This document shows, one piece after another, positions 40,448-51,141 of a DNA stretch of 64,000 bases (the stretch's first letter is position 1; every line of letters begins with the position of its first letter). The notes beneath the pieces are model-generated. The model ran no database searches, had not been told where the DNA came from, and worked only from the letters and a program-made list of their open reading frames with translations. This DNA comes from Microcystaceae cyanobacterium. GTDB taxonomy: Bacteria > Cyanobacteriota > Cyanobacteriia > Cyanobacteriales > Microcystaceae. The stretch lies in assembly GCA_041746575.1 (NCBI GenBank), contig JBGTGT010000123.1, positions 76,688-140,687 on the forward strand, written 5' to 3'. Position numbers and translations under genes: made by a program.

Positions 40448-41749
40448 TTATAAAGCACTGAGAACGTCTTTAGCCATCGCAATCGTACGGTCTATGTCGG
40501 CTTCTGTGTGAGCAAAAGAGGTAAATCCAGCTTCAAATTGAGAAGGAGCGAGATAAATCCCTCTTTCTAACATTCCTCGATGAAAACGAGCAAATTTAGC
40601 TGAGTCTGCTTTCTTGGCATCTTCATAGTTATGAACGGGTTCATCGGTAAAGAATAAGCCAAACATGGCACTTAAACTACCGCCATAAGCAGCTTGTCCG
40701 GTATCTGAGGCAACTTGTAGCAGACCTTTGATTAATCTTTGGGTTATTTGGTCTAAGTAGTCGTAAACGCCCGGTTTTTGCAGTAGTTCTAGGGTTTTGA
40801 TGCCGGCTGTCATCGCTAAGGGATTTCCTGATAATGTTCCTGCCTGATACATGGGGCCGGCGGGAGCAACCATCATCATAATGTCTTTACGTCCACCGTA
40901 AGCTCCTACGGGTAATCCGCCGCCAATGACTTTTCCTAAGGTAGTCAAATCGGGGGTTACGCCAAATTTAGCTTGTGCGCCACCATAGGCAATCCGAAAG
41001 CCGGTCATGACTTCATCAAAGATTAATAGTGCGCCGTAATCCTTAGTGATTTCTCGTAATCCTTCTAAGAAACCGGCATCCGGTCGAATAAAGCCGGCAT
41101 TGCCGACAACGGGTTCTAGAATAACGCCAGCGATATCGTCAGGATTTTCAGCAAAAAGGGCTTTAACGGCTTCTAAATCATTGTAGGGGGCAGTTAAGGT
41201 GTTAGTGGTGGTACTTTTGGGAACACCGGGGGAATCTGGTAAGCCTAGGGTTGCAACACCTGATCCTGCTTTTACAAGAAGCATATCTGCATGACCATGG
41301 TAACATCCTTCAAATTTGACAATTTTATCCCGCCCCGTAAAGGCACGCATCAGACGAAGGACGGACATACAGGCTTCTGTACCAGAATTGACAAATCTAA
41401 CCATTTCGATGCTAGGAACGGCTTCGATAACCATTTCCGCCAAAATATTTTCTTGCAGGGAGGGTGCGCCGAAACTGGTGCCTTTTTGTAAGGCTTCTTG
41501 AAGAGCAGAAATGACTTCAGGATGGGCATGACCGCAGATGGCGGGTCCCCATGTTCCTACATAATCGATGTATTGATTGCCATCGACATCCCAAATATAA
41601 GCCCCTTGTACGTGATCAAAGACGATGGGTTGACCACCGACGGACTTAAAGGCTCTTACGGGAGAACTTACGCCACCTGGCATTAGTTTTTGGGCATTTG
41701 CAAAGATTTCTTCCGATTTTTGAGTTTTTAAAGGTGTTGTATTAACCAA
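40448..41749 (-). CDS. hemL: Glutamate-1-semialdehyde 2,1-aminomutase
   Basis: [47 protein letters not shown] start at 41749 with AAGGAG RBS gives 433 aa. Confidence 0.97.
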   Translation of the reverse strand: MVNTTPLKTQKSEEIFANAQKLMPGGVSSPVRAFKSVGGQPIVFDHVQGAYIWDVDGNQYIDYVGTWGPAICGHAHPEVISALQEALQKGTSFGAPSLQENILAEMVIEAVPSIEMVRFVNSGTEACMSVLRLMRAFTGRDKIVKFEGCYHGHADMLLVKAGSGVATLGLPDSPGVPKSTTTNTLTAPYNDLEAVKALFAENPDDIAGVILEPVVGNAGFIRPDAGFLEGLREITKDYGALLIFDEVMTGFRIAYGGAQAKFGVTPDLTTLGKVIGGGLPVGAYGGRKDIMMMVAPAGPMYQAGTLSGNPLAMTAGIKTLELLQKPGVYDYLDQITQRLIKGLLQVASDTGQAAYGGSLSAMFGLFFTDEPVHNYEDAKKADSAKFARFHRGMLERGIYLAPSQFEAGFTSFAHTEADIDRTIAMAKDVLSAL

Positions 41750-42035
41750 GTTGTTCTCCTTTATCGTTGTTTCGGTGTGTGAGGATGACCTTGACCCATT
41801 GATCATTATCCTATGACAGGGCAGTGTCAAGTAGATCACTAGGGCAAATTAAATTCTTTCGAAAACATTCTAAGCTCGATAAGGGTAATTATCAAGCTTA
41901 AAGTAAAAAATGCTTAAGGCACGACAAAAATCTTATGAATATTGATTTAGAAATATGCAGTAACCCTATCATCTCCTCGCTTTTTGGGGTTAATTTGTTT
42001 AAGATTGAAGGAAAGCACCAACGTTTAAGCCGCTC

Positions 42036-43013
42036 ATGACAGGGATTCCCATTACCGTTTCTTCTCGTTCTCAAGTTCTCAGTCACGCTGAGTTTGTAGC
42101 GATTTTTGCCGACTTCTTACGAACTGATACAGCTAATGGTAACGCTAGTACCGATACGATTCGCACCTATCTCAGTCAAATTCAGCAATACTTCTCTTGG
42201 TGTCAGCAAAATCAGATTCACCCGATTCAAGTTACCCGTCGTCACCTCAAAGAATATCGTCGTTGGATGATCGAAGAAAAAAGTTATAAATCTACCACCA
42301 TCGCTTTAAAACTGGCCACCGTCAGACGTTTCTATCAAGCGGCAATGGAAGAAGGAATCCTTCAAAGTAATCCCGCCATAGGGATTAAACCGCCTCAAGA
42401 AAAACGAGATCCTGCCGAAAATATTACTTATTTAGAACAAGATGAAGTTCAAATTTTACTCGACGCCATTTCCGATGATCATTCACTTAAAAGTAAACGC
42501 GATCGGGTATTAATTGAAATTATGATCCGAGAAGGCACAAGAACGGTAGAATTGCATCGAGCGAATATCAGTGATATTGTCCGTCGGGGTCATAATATTG
42601 GCATTCGGGTTGAAGGAAAAAGAAGTATTCGTGTTGTCCCCTTAACGCCTTATTTGGCGGAAAGCTTACAAGATTATCTCACCAGCCGTCGGGAAAATGG
42701 GGAAATTCTTAACCCGAATACACCCCTCTTTATTGCCGTCGGAAATCGCGCCAAGGGAAAACGCCTCAGTCGTTGTGGCATTCGTCGAATTGTCGATAAA
42801 TATCTCCTAGCCTCCCAATTAAAACATACACCCGGACGCACCCTATCTGCCCACAGTTTACGGCATACCGCAGGAACACTCGCTTTAAGAAATGGCGCAG
42901 ACTTACGACAAGTTCAAGATTTACTCGGCCATGCCGACCCTCGTACTACTGCCATATACGCTCATGTAGGCGATCGCTGGGTCAATAATCCGGCTTTAAA
43001 TTGGGACGTTTAA
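42036..43013 (+). CDS. Tyrosine recombinase (XerC/D-like)
   Basis: SAM-like N-domain; catalytic [23 protein letters not shown]. Confidence 0.93.
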   Translation: MTGIPITVSSRSQVLSHAEFVAIFADFLRTDTANGNASTDTIRTYLSQIQQYFSWCQQNQIHPIQVTRRHLKEYRRWMIEEKSYKSTTIALKLATVRRFYQAAMEEGILQSNPAIGIKPPQEKRDPAENITYLEQDEVQILLDAISDDHSLKSKRDRVLIEIMIREGTRTVELHRANISDIVRRGHNIGIRVEGKRSIRVVPLTPYLAESLQDYLTSRRENGEILNPNTPLFIAVGNRAKGKRLSRCGIRRIVDKYLLASQLKHTPGRTLSAHSLRHTAGTLALRNGADLRQVQDLLGHADPRTTAIYAHVGDRWVNNPALNWDV

Positions 43014-43026
43014 ATCTATGAGTCAA

Positions 43027-43160
43027 TATAGGTTTTTATATATATCTTGATGATCTATTTGACCTATATAAAATTATAGGTAAGCTTATAGGTGTTCGGG
43101 TAGCGATCGCTTATTCCCTATTTAACTGACCTATATTTATATAAATATATTGATATAGGT
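43027..43160. repeat. Six TATAGGT/ACCTATA motifs, including an inverted pair with a 6-bp spacer
   Basis: Copies at 43027, 43062(rc), 43075, 43087, 43129(rc), 43154. Confidence 0.75.
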
Positions 43161-43562
43161 TTATATGACGTTATTGTCTGAAGAATGTAATGAATGATTC
43201 ATTTGCTAATAATAAGTTCAATCATTTGACTTAACTTCCCGAAAAGAAATGTCTTAACTTCCTAAACTTATCTGGGCAGTTTTCAAACTTAAAGTTAACT
43301 TAGACGTATTCTAATCACCAAGAGAGTTTTCTAGGATCATTTCTCTCAAAAATATGCCAAGATAAATTAATTTTTTTCAAAAAAATTTCCGTAAAAGAGA
43401 ACAAATCCTTGAAGTCATTTATAGTAATGCTTGAACTAAAGTCATAAACCTAGTTCTAAACCAATAACCTCTCAAATTCACTTATGATATTGAACTTCCT
43501 TATTTCTCTTACTTAACCAACCCTAACTTTGCCCATTAAGTAATAATTAATTTAGCAGGAAA

Positions 43563-44141
43563 TTGAAAATGATGACCCTTGATTATGCTCCCCTTGCCAA
43601 CATTTTAGGATTCTTGGCATTAGGCACTTACATTGTAACCTTGCTTCCTACAAATCTCAGAATTGTTTTTCCGCAAACACGACAAACGGGAGTTCCCAAA
43701 TACCTCTTAAAACATCGCCGCATTATTGGCATTCTTTCCTTTATTTTAGCTGTTTTTCACGGCTATATCTTAGTAATAAAGCGTGATTTTGACTTTTTCG
43801 ACCTCAAAACCTCTTGGGTTTATATCCAAGGCATATTAACCTTCATTGTATTTGCATTATTGGCGATTACCTCTAACGACTGGAGTGTCAAGCGACTGAA
43901 AAAGAATTGGAAACGTCTTCATAACCTTACCTATTTAGCTCTCTTTATGCTAACTTGGCACGTTTGGGACAAAATGTCGGGTCATTGGAGTTGGTTAACC
44001 CCCCTATGTCTGATTGGACTAAGTGCCGTTACCCTACTTTATTTAGCGCGTCGTTGGCAAGAATATACTCAGCAAAAAGCCAAAGCTAAGCAGTGTAAAA
44101 CGCAAGTAGTCAACACCCGAAAACTACAAACAGTCAAATAA
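43563..44141 (+). CDS. Ferric-reductase-like / MsrQ-like haem membrane protein
   Basis: RR..G, FH, LAITSN....KRL..NWKRLH.L.Y, WH. Confidence 0.85.
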   Translation: MKMMTLDYAPLANILGFLALGTYIVTLLPTNLRIVFPQTRQTGVPKYLLKHRRIIGILSFILAVFHGYILVIKRDFDFFDLKTSWVYIQGILTFIVFALLAITSNDWSVKRLKKNWKRLHNLTYLALFMLTWHVWDKMSGHWSWLTPLCLIGLSAVTLLYLARRWQEYTQQKAKAKQCKTQVVNTRKLQTVK

Positions 44142-44182
44142 TCCCTATTTTAACCGTAAAGACAGTATAAGGAGGAAAAATC

Positions 44183-45211
44183 ATGAAATTAAAACCTTGG
44201 ATTGGAAAATCATCTGTATTATTAACCTTAACCACCTTAAGCTTAATCGCCGGTTATACCTTAAACGGGAAGCAATCCCAAACCACAGAAGCAAAAACCG
44301 CTCTGCCCAGTCAATCCCTGACTCAACTGAAAGAGACCTTAGAAAGTAATCATACATCATGGATTTATGCGATCGCCGTCAGTGGGGATGGTCAAACGAT
44401 CGCTAGTGGCAGTTACGATGAAAGTATCGAAATCTGGCACCTACCGAGTAAAACACCCATTGAAATCAAAAAAGCGCATGGCGATGCCATTGAAAGCCTT
44501 GTGATCACCCCTGATAACCGTTATCTTGTCAGTGGTAGCTGGGATAACCGTATCAAACTTTGGGATTTACAAAGCGGCGAACTGATTCGGCAATTTGACG
44601 GCCATCGGGATGATGTGAAAAGCCTTGCCGTTAGTCCAGACGGAAAAACCCTTGCCAGTGGTAGTGTGGATAATACCTTGCGTCTTTGGGATTTAGAAAC
44701 AGGTGCAGAGATCAAAAGCCTTTCCGTTGGACATTGGGTTCAATCCTTAGCCTTTAGTCAGGATGGTCAAACCATCATAGCTGGATTGCATACTGGGGGG
44801 ATTCAAGTGTGGCAATGGCAACAAAATGTATTAAAAAAAGCCCTTTCTGCCCATCATCGTGCCGTAAACGCCCTCAGTCTCAGTCCTAATGGTCGTCTCT
44901 TAGCTAGCGGTAGCCAAGATCGCACCATAAAACTGTGGGATACCCTCACTTGGCAAGAAATCAAAACGCTCAAAGCCCATCAAAGAGCCGTGTTATCCCT
45001 CGCTTTTCACCCAAATAGTCGTCTTTTGGCTAGTGGCAGTTACGATAATACGATTAAGCTATGGGATATTGAGCAAGGCACGGTAGTAGATAATCTTAGA
45101 GAACATCATAAGTCCGTCTGGTCAGTCGCTTTTAGCCAAGAAGGTCAATCCCTTGTCAGTGGTAGTGCAGACGAAACCTTGAAACGCTGGTCAGTGCAAC
45201 CCCAATTTTAA
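44183..45211 (+). CDS. Exported WD40 beta-propeller protein
   Basis: Signal peptide followed by seven WD40 repeats (SGS.D.TIKLWD). Confidence 0.9.
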   Translation: MKLKPWIGKSSVLLTLTTLSLIAGYTLNGKQSQTTEAKTALPSQSLTQLKETLESNHTSWIYAIAVSGDGQTIASGSYDESIEIWHLPSKTPIEIKKAHGDAIESLVITPDNRYLVSGSWDNRIKLWDLQSGELIRQFDGHRDDVKSLAVSPDGKTLASGSVDNTLRLWDLETGAEIKSLSVGHWVQSLAFSQDGQTIIAGLHTGGIQVWQWQQNVLKKALSAHHRAVNALSLSPNGRLLASGSQDRTIKLWDTLTWQEIKTLKAHQRAVLSLAFHPNSRLLASGSYDNTIKLWDIEQGTVVDNLREHHKSVWSVAFSQEGQSLVSGSADETLKRWSVQPQF

Positions 45212-45352
45212 AGTCATTTTATTGAGAAAAAAGCGATCGCTTTTGATACTGTCAAGGCGATCATTTTTTAGGATTTATCTGATTCAAAAGGACGCAAGCA
45301 AGCCCTGCGTCCCCACTGTTGATTCTTCAAAAACTATAGTACACCGAACGGA

Positions 45353-45871
45353 TTAACGTTGGTCTAATCCTAAATTATAGGTGATTTCATGGACACCTCG
45401 CATTTCCTTAATTTTAGCAATCAGTGCCTCTGCGTCTTCTTTACTATCTACCCGTCCTTCCAGCCGAACTGAACCATTGGCAACGGCAACCACAACGCGG
45501 TCATCCGCTTTCGATTTGATGGATTTTTCAATCACATCATCGCTGACATCTTCTTGGTTATAAGATTTGGTGGCGTATTCAAGACCACTGTAATGGGAGC
45601 CTGACGGAGTTAGATTAAAGTCAGTTTCATCCTGAGTAACAGCCTCGTCCGATGCCGCTTGGGCAGCGATTTGAACTTGGGCAAACGCAGGAGCATTGGC
45701 GGTAAAAAACAGTAAAGAAATGGTTAAGAATAAAGATACAACGGAAGAAAAACGATGCTTTTTCATTAGTAGCAATGTTCCTAATCCGACTGTCGCTATT
45801 GAGGCGATCGCTAAGACTTCTAATGATACTATCATAGGGTTTAAAATTCTCCTAGTGGAAATTTTGGACAC
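45353..45871 (-). CDS. BON-domain protein
   Basis: V.V.NG.V.L.G.V.S...A..L.......GV..I...L, hydrophobic N-terminus; start uncertain. Confidence 0.8.
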   Translation of the reverse strand: MSKISTRRILNPMIVSLEVLAIASIATVGLGTLLLMKKHRFSSVVSLFLTISLLFFTANAPAFAQVQIAAQAASDEAVTQDETDFNLTPSGSHYSGLEYATKSYNQEDVSDDVIEKSIKSKADDRVVVAVANGSVRLEGRVDSKEDAEALIAKIKEMRGVHEITYNLGLDQR

Positions 45872-46124
45872 TATGTCAGTTTACTCAATTTTTTTTTTAA
45901 TTTCCATCTTCTAAAAGAAAGAAAGTTAAAGCCTACCCATCCAGCAAAGCTAGATATTCATCTTTCTCAAGAAAGAGCGAACAACCCTTCAATCATTCCT
46001 TATCTTCCGTTTGAATGAGAAATCAAATATTTATGTTGAAACGATAGACAGATTGAAAATGACTTTTTCGTGTATAAAATGTAGGGAACAATAAGTCCTT
46101 CAAATAAATAAGGAACCCAATTAT

Positions 46125-46622
46125 ATGAATTACTCTGACGAAAAAGAATCTAAAACCTTTGAGCAAGCGAGCGGAGCAAAACCAGTTATTTCCAACGGTC
46201 GCTCAAAATATCGTCAAGGATACGAAGATGGGCGATATCAGCAAGACATCCAACGAAGCAACAACTCATCAGGGTCATTTTTAGCGGGTATTCTGTTGAC
46301 CTTACTCATTGGCTTAAGTGCAGGAACAGTGCTTTATTTCTACTTCGATCAGCAAAATAGGGAAAGCACGGTGAAAGATTCTGCCGTTGAACCCCCTCCC
46401 CCCAATAAAGAAACCAATATCATCGAAAGAACCATCGTTCAGCCTGCCCCTCAAAATAAAGAAACCAACATCATTGAACGAACCATCGAACGAACTCAAG
46501 AAGTTGTTCCCGTACCGGTAACGCCTGAATCTTCGTCTCCCAATCAAGAAGCTCAACCGGAAGAACCCCCTGCTTCCGATTCAGAAGCCAACTCATCCCC
46601 TGTCCCCGCAGAATCGCCATAA
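46125..46622 (+). CDS. Single-TM hypothetical protein with a duplicated NKETNIIERTI motif
   Basis: Y..GY..GR motif, TM helix, 51-bp internal duplication, Pro/Glu-rich tail. Confidence 0.75.
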   Translation: MNYSDEKESKTFEQASGAKPVISNGRSKYRQGYEDGRYQQDIQRSNNSSGSFLAGILLTLLIGLSAGTVLYFYFDQQNRESTVKDSAVEPPPPNKETNIIERTIVQPAPQNKETNIIERTIERTQEVVPVPVTPESSSPNQEAQPEEPPASDSEANSSPVPAESP

Positions 46623-46757
46623 CACCGTCAAAAAAAGACCCCCTTTTCCTCCTATCAAAGCTTTTGCTGGAAGATAGCTCGCTTCCTTAACAATTCTGGT
46701 ATAATAAAAGGCTAACTCACCTACGAATTGGCTCGATGCTAAATTGTACAAAGCAAA

Positions 46758-47165
46758 ATGGCGGAAAAACTTCCAACGTGCGGGCAATTAGAGCGAAATT
46801 TGTCTCAGCAGATTCTTACATTTTACCGTGAGCGGCTGGGACATAAACCCTCTAAAATTATCTGTCAATTATTTGAGCAAAGGGCGACCATTATTATCGA
46901 AGATTCATTGACGCCAGCAGAACAACTGCTAGCAAAAGATGGTCAACAAGAGCTAGCCCAAGATGTTCGTTCTTGTTTGGATGAACTGACAAAGCCTCAG
47001 ATCACTCAGTTGATTGAAGCAACATTGGAGGTTAAAGTCATCGATTTATTAAGTGATGCCACCCTTGAAACAGGACGAACGGGGATGATTGTCATCTTGG
47101 AAACGAGTCCTCGTATTCGCAATCCTGAAGGTCGTTCCGCTAAATCTCAATTACAGGAGGGGTAG
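46758..47165 (+). CDS. DUF2294 (MpsC-like) protein
   Basis: GQLER.LSQ.I..FY...LGH.P, EDS.T.AEQ.L, LLSD.TL.TGRTG. Confidence 0.85.
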   Translation: MAEKLPTCGQLERNLSQQILTFYRERLGHKPSKIICQLFEQRATIIIEDSLTPAEQLLAKDGQQELAQDVRSCLDELTKPQITQLIEATLEVKVIDLLSDATLETGRTGMIVILETSPRIRNPEGRSAKSQLQEG

Positions 47166-47574
47166 GGAGACAACACCGATGGAGATGGAGCAAAATAATA
47201 TTTTCTAACTCAGGCAACCGATAAGGCTTACTGAGGTAATCAACGCAACCTGCCTCTTGAAGTCGCTGTTGGATACAAGGAAGCACTAATCCTGTAACTG
47301 CAATAACGGGAATACAAGACGTTAGCGGATTTTGCTTAAGCTGTTGCAAAAAGTAAAATCCATCCCATTGGGGCAAAACAATATCTAAAAGAATTAAATC
47401 GGGTAAATGAACAGTAGCTAGCGATAAGGCAGTTATACTATCCGATGCTTTTAAAAATAAACAATTAATTTTTTCAAGAACGTATTCTATCAGCAAAAGA
47501 TTATCTTCATCATCTTCTACTGCTAAGACACAAGGTCGTTTTTCTAACTGAATCGGAGCAAAAGGCTGCTTCAT
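47140..47574 (-). CDS. Single-domain response regulator
   Basis: VLAVEDD, LILLDI.LP..DG, IPVIAVT, YLSKPY; ATG at 47574. Confidence 0.88.
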   Translation of the reverse strand: MKQPFAPIQLEKRPCVLAVEDDEDNLLLIEYVLEKINCLFLKASDSITALSLATVHLPDLILLDIVLPQWDGFYFLQQLKQNPLTSCIPVIAVTGLVLPCIQQRLQEAGCVDYLSKPYRLPELENIILLHLHRCCLPTPPVIEI

Positions 47575-47995
47575 GAATCGTCCTCGCCAACATTGTTTGG
47601 AAAACAGGACGAAGCAATTTAAGAGTGGATGATGCTTTAGCACGCTTAAGATTGGCTCAAAATCCCCAGACCAAGTTGTCCATCCCTGCTCTAAAATATT
47701 CACAACAGAGGAGTAGATGTCTCAAGCTGGATTCAGCATAATATTATGATTCTAATATTGCAAACTACTATAACAGATTCTGTCACAATTTGAACGTTTT
47801 TTAACAAATCTTTAGCTTATCTGAAGCGATCCTCAAAAACGACTACGGCTTTGGATAGACAAATATTGCAGAAACGCGCTCCGTTCTCTCTAGAAAGTAA
47901 GAGTTTCATCCCATGAATCATTGAACTTTAGAAGGAAGAAATTCCTAAGCTGAATCGTTAACATGAAGGCATATGCACAATCGGAGAAGCATTTT

Positions 47996-48178
47996 ATGAG
48001 TACTGAAGATCGAGTCAAAGCAACCGCGAAAAACGTCGAGGGTAAAGCCCAAGAAATGAAAGGCGAAGTAACCGGCGACCCTAAAGATAAAGCAGAAGGA
48101 AAAGCCAAACAAACAGAGGCACAAGCAAAACACGCCAAAGAAGATGTTAAAGACGAAGTCAAAAAAGCCGTTGATTAA
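47996..48178 (+). CDS. csbD: CsbD family stress protein (copy 1)
   Basis: MSTEDRVKATAKNVEGKAQE..G.VTGD...AEGKAKQ, GGAG RBS. Confidence 0.9.
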   Translation: MSTEDRVKATAKNVEGKAQEMKGEVTGDPKDKAEGKAKQTEAQAKHAKEDVKDEVKKAVD

Positions 48179-48268
48179 TCATCATCTGCTTTAAGGCTGA
48201 GAAACGGTGTCTTTAGCCGAGACACCTTTCAACGTCGAAACCTAATTGCCAATTAGAGGAACAAAACC

Positions 48269-48451
48269 ATGAGTACTGAAGATCGAGTCAAAGCAACGAT
48301 GAAAAACGTCGAAGGTAAGGCTCAGGAAATGGTAGGTGAAGTAACCGGCGATCCTAAAGATAAAGCAGAAGGAAAAGCCAAACAAAAAGAAGCACAAGTT
48401 CGCCATAGCGTCGAAAATGTCAAAGATAACCTTAAAAAAACAATCGATTAA
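48269..48451 (+). CDS. csbD: CsbD family stress protein (copy 2)
   Basis: Tandem paralog of copy 1, GAGGA RBS. Confidence 0.9.
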   Translation: MSTEDRVKATMKNVEGKAQEMVGEVTGDPKDKAEGKAKQKEAQVRHSVENVKDNLKKTID

Positions 48452-48501
48452 ATTTTAATCCGTTTTATAGACTTTTTAGATTCACGATAAACCGTCTCAA
48501 C

Positions 48502-48537
48502 TGCTTCTCGTTTGTTTTCCATTCGAGGAGCATTTTA
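48502..48537 (+). terminator. Probable intrinsic terminator after the csbD pair
   Basis: TGCTTCTCG...CGAGGAGCA hairpin followed by TTTT. Confidence 0.5.
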
Positions 48538-48819
48538 TTACCCTTTCCTAAGCGTTAAAAGGGAGCATTTAGGTTAAAATAAAGATCCCCTCCTTTTTGG
48601 GTAAGGATTGTCCCTCACTGTTCATTTTTAGGGAAAGCCTATCTGGTTTTCTGGCAAAAGAGACGATAGACTATATACTATGAAAGGCGAAATATTAATT
48701 CCCCTCCATACCCTCATGAAACAACCCAACGCAATGTCTATAAGCCGCTTTGATGCGTCAAATTAGTATAACGCAACAAAACTGACATAAATTTGGGAAA
48801 CTTATTTAAATGGAGCGAA

Positions 48820-49575
48820 ATGCGTCAAGTTTTAATTCTGATCAATAGCGACGATAAATCCGGTGAACACTTAAGCCTCAAGTCGCCTATAGCACTAAGA
48901 ATGGTAAATGCCCTAAAAGAGGCAATTACAAAAGACTCTCCTGAAATATCGCTGGAAGTCATGAGTGCCGCCGCCCTATGGTCAGATCACTTCAAAGAAA
49001 TTCGACAGAACCCTGATCTTATTTATTGTCCCTTAACGATTCAACTGCCCCACTGGTTAGATTTTCCCCTGCAAAAAATCTTTATGGACTGTCGGGAGAT
49101 CAAAGCCCGACGACAATGGGTAGAACAGCATTTGGCTTATCCCACCTGTCAAGGGGACATCGGCTTAGGAAACTTGTGGTTACCCATTATTTGGACAGCA
49201 AAAGGGCCGCTTTACGCGGAAGTCATCGGCGAAGGAGAAATGCCCAACGCGTACCAGCAACCGATTCATTTATCTAACAAAATACGTAAGCCATTGTATT
49301 CCTTAGCCTATCAGCTTTTGAACTCCCTTGATGCGCCCCCCTCGGCTTATTTACTACAATTTCGCCTTTCTACAGAACAACAAATCGTTTTTGATCGATT
49401 ATGGCCATTTCCGGCCGCTCCAGCGATCGCCTCTTTGCACTATCAACAGCCTGATCTCTTTGCCTGTTATTGGCGATGTTTAACCCATCAGCCTATCTTA
49501 GACATTGCCATTATTCCGCCCTTTGTCAATGCGGCTCAATCTTCTAGGGTGAAAGCCCCGAACAAGGTACGATAA
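48820..49575 (+). CDS. Conserved cyanobacterial hypothetical protein, possibly a degenerate ATP-grasp-like fold
   Basis: Long ORF with LWLP...T.KGPLY.EVI and FDRLWPFPA.PA motifs; ATG at 48820 after GGAG. Confidence 0.7.
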   Translation: MRQVLILINSDDKSGEHLSLKSPIALRMVNALKEAITKDSPEISLEVMSAAALWSDHFKEIRQNPDLIYCPLTIQLPHWLDFPLQKIFMDCREIKARRQWVEQHLAYPTCQGDIGLGNLWLPIIWTAKGPLYAEVIGEGEMPNAYQQPIHLSNKIRKPLYSLAYQLLNSLDAPPSAYLLQFRLSTEQQIVFDRLWPFPAAPAIASLHYQQPDLFACYWRCLTHQPILDIAIIPPFVNAAQSSRVKAPNKVR

Positions 49576-49609
49576 AGATTGATGAATGTTGATGGAAGTC
49601 TAAAAAGGA

Positions 49610-50164
49610 ATGTTTGGTAAAATACCCCTCGCCTTAGTGGGATTAGTCGTTGGTAGTATCTTAACCCTGATGGGTTTTGTCGCCTATGGCACGGGCAACG
49701 CCACTTTAAATTTAGCGGGATTTTTCTATGGAATTCCCCTATTATTAGGGGGTTTAGCCCTAAAATCTTCAGAAATTAAGCCGATTCCCTACAGTGAACC
49801 CGTCTCAGATGACATAGTAACTTTAAGAGAACAACAAGCCACCGTCGTTCAAAACAAGCTACGGAAGGATGTTACTCGTTATCGTTACGGTCAAGAGGTA
49901 CATTTAGATGAAGCCTTGCAAAAAGTGGGGTTAAGTCCCAATGACCAAGTCAGACCAACCCTCGTTTTCCTGCAAGAAACGGCCACAGAGGGGGCTTATA
50001 CTTTAATCTTACAATTTGAATCCCCAAATCTCAATCTTGATCGATGGCACAAACAACAAGAACGAATTGAGAAATTTTTTGGACCTGATATTCGTGCCGA
50101 AATTACGCAACCCACCGAGGAAATGATTAATTTGTCCTTAATTCGGGTCAACGCTCAAACTTAA
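49610..50164 (+). CDS. DUF2854 family protein
   Basis: Two TM helices, FFYGIP..LGGLALK..E.KP, DVTRYRYG...HLD, FFGP. Confidence 0.85.
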   Translation: MFGKIPLALVGLVVGSILTLMGFVAYGTGNATLNLAGFFYGIPLLLGGLALKSSEIKPIPYSEPVSDDIVTLREQQATVVQNKLRKDVTRYRYGQEVHLDEALQKVGLSPNDQVRPTLVFLQETATEGAYTLILQFESPNLNLDRWHKQQERIEKFFGPDIRAEITQPTEEMINLSLIRVNAQT

Positions 50165-51084
50165 GAAAAACGACGGCGTAGAAAAGCGGGTAAATCAATC
50201 TTCTCCTCAACAGGAGCAGGTTTAGGGGGTTTATCCGTGCCGTATTGGGTGGCAACTTTAGATAAATTAATCCGAAAACTGGGATAATGGAGGGCAGATT
50301 TGACAGGGTGTTCAGATTCTTCCGTTGTGGTAGGTTCAGGTAACAATACTTCATCAGATGATTCTAGCGGAACCGTTTGACCTGACCAAGGTTGAATCGG
50401 CGATCTCGAGGAAATAGGCGTCGCAATAGACGGGTTTTGGGGAGGAGGCATCATATCCGAAGGCAATTCAAGGGTTTCCCCCGTATACTGTTCTAAGGCC
50501 GTTTTGTATTCTAGGGTATAACGCTGTTGACGTTGTAAACGACTGTGTAACTCACGAATATGCCGTTCGGCTGTTGTCAGTTGATGGGTTTTCGTTTGAT
50601 GGTTTTCATCAAGGATGACGCATTCCCGCTCCAGTTGAGCCAATTGGGTTTGTAATTTTAATAATTCTGCTGTTAAAGTCTCAATCTCCCGCACTTTATT
50701 CTGGTTTTCTGTGACAGAAGCCTCAAATTGTTGTTGTAGTTCTTCAATTTGGCTTTGTCTGACTTTCTCGGCAATGGAAACCGTCGGGGCTTCTTTGAGA
50801 CGCTGTTGTTGGATCATTTGATCTTGTTGAACTTGTGCCAAGGTTTGTTCTAACCGAACAACGGTTTGAATCAATTCTCGATTTTGTTCCTTTAATTTAC
50901 AAGCCAATTGAAACCAATCGGTGATTTCTCTTGATTCTTCTATTTTTTCTTCAAGATTATCCAGTGCCAAAATTTCTGGGGCTTCATCGGGCAAATAAGT
51001 AGGAGTACCCTCAACATTGAGGAAGGATTGTTGATGAGGATTAACAGGGATAGATTCACTCATAGGGATGGACTTTCCAGACAC
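50161..51084 (-). CDS. Coiled-coil hypothetical protein
   Basis: DWF.LA.KL, Q/E-rich coiled coil, RL.RQQR.TL.YK.AL, IQPWS, DLP.F. Confidence 0.75.
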   Translation of the reverse strand: MSGKSIPMSESIPVNPHQQSFLNVEGTPTYLPDEAPEILALDNLEEKIEESREITDWFQLACKLKEQNRELIQTVVRLEQTLAQVQQDQMIQQQRLKEAPTVSIAEKVRQSQIEELQQQFEASVTENQNKVREIETLTAELLKLQTQLAQLERECVILDENHQTKTHQLTTAERHIRELHSRLQRQQRYTLEYKTALEQYTGETLELPSDMMPPPQNPSIATPISSRSPIQPWSGQTVPLESSDEVLLPEPTTTEESEHPVKSALHYPSFRINLSKVATQYGTDKPPKPAPVEEKIDLPAFLRRRFS

Positions 51085-51141
51085 ACTAACTTTTAAAGAT
51101 GGCAGAAAGCCCCAATTAGTTTCCCGCGATTTTGCCCAGAA

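Noticed and set aside
41750..41839. N-terminal extension of HemL in the ORF track
   Set aside because: A strong RBS precedes TTG at 41749, which gives the usual protein length
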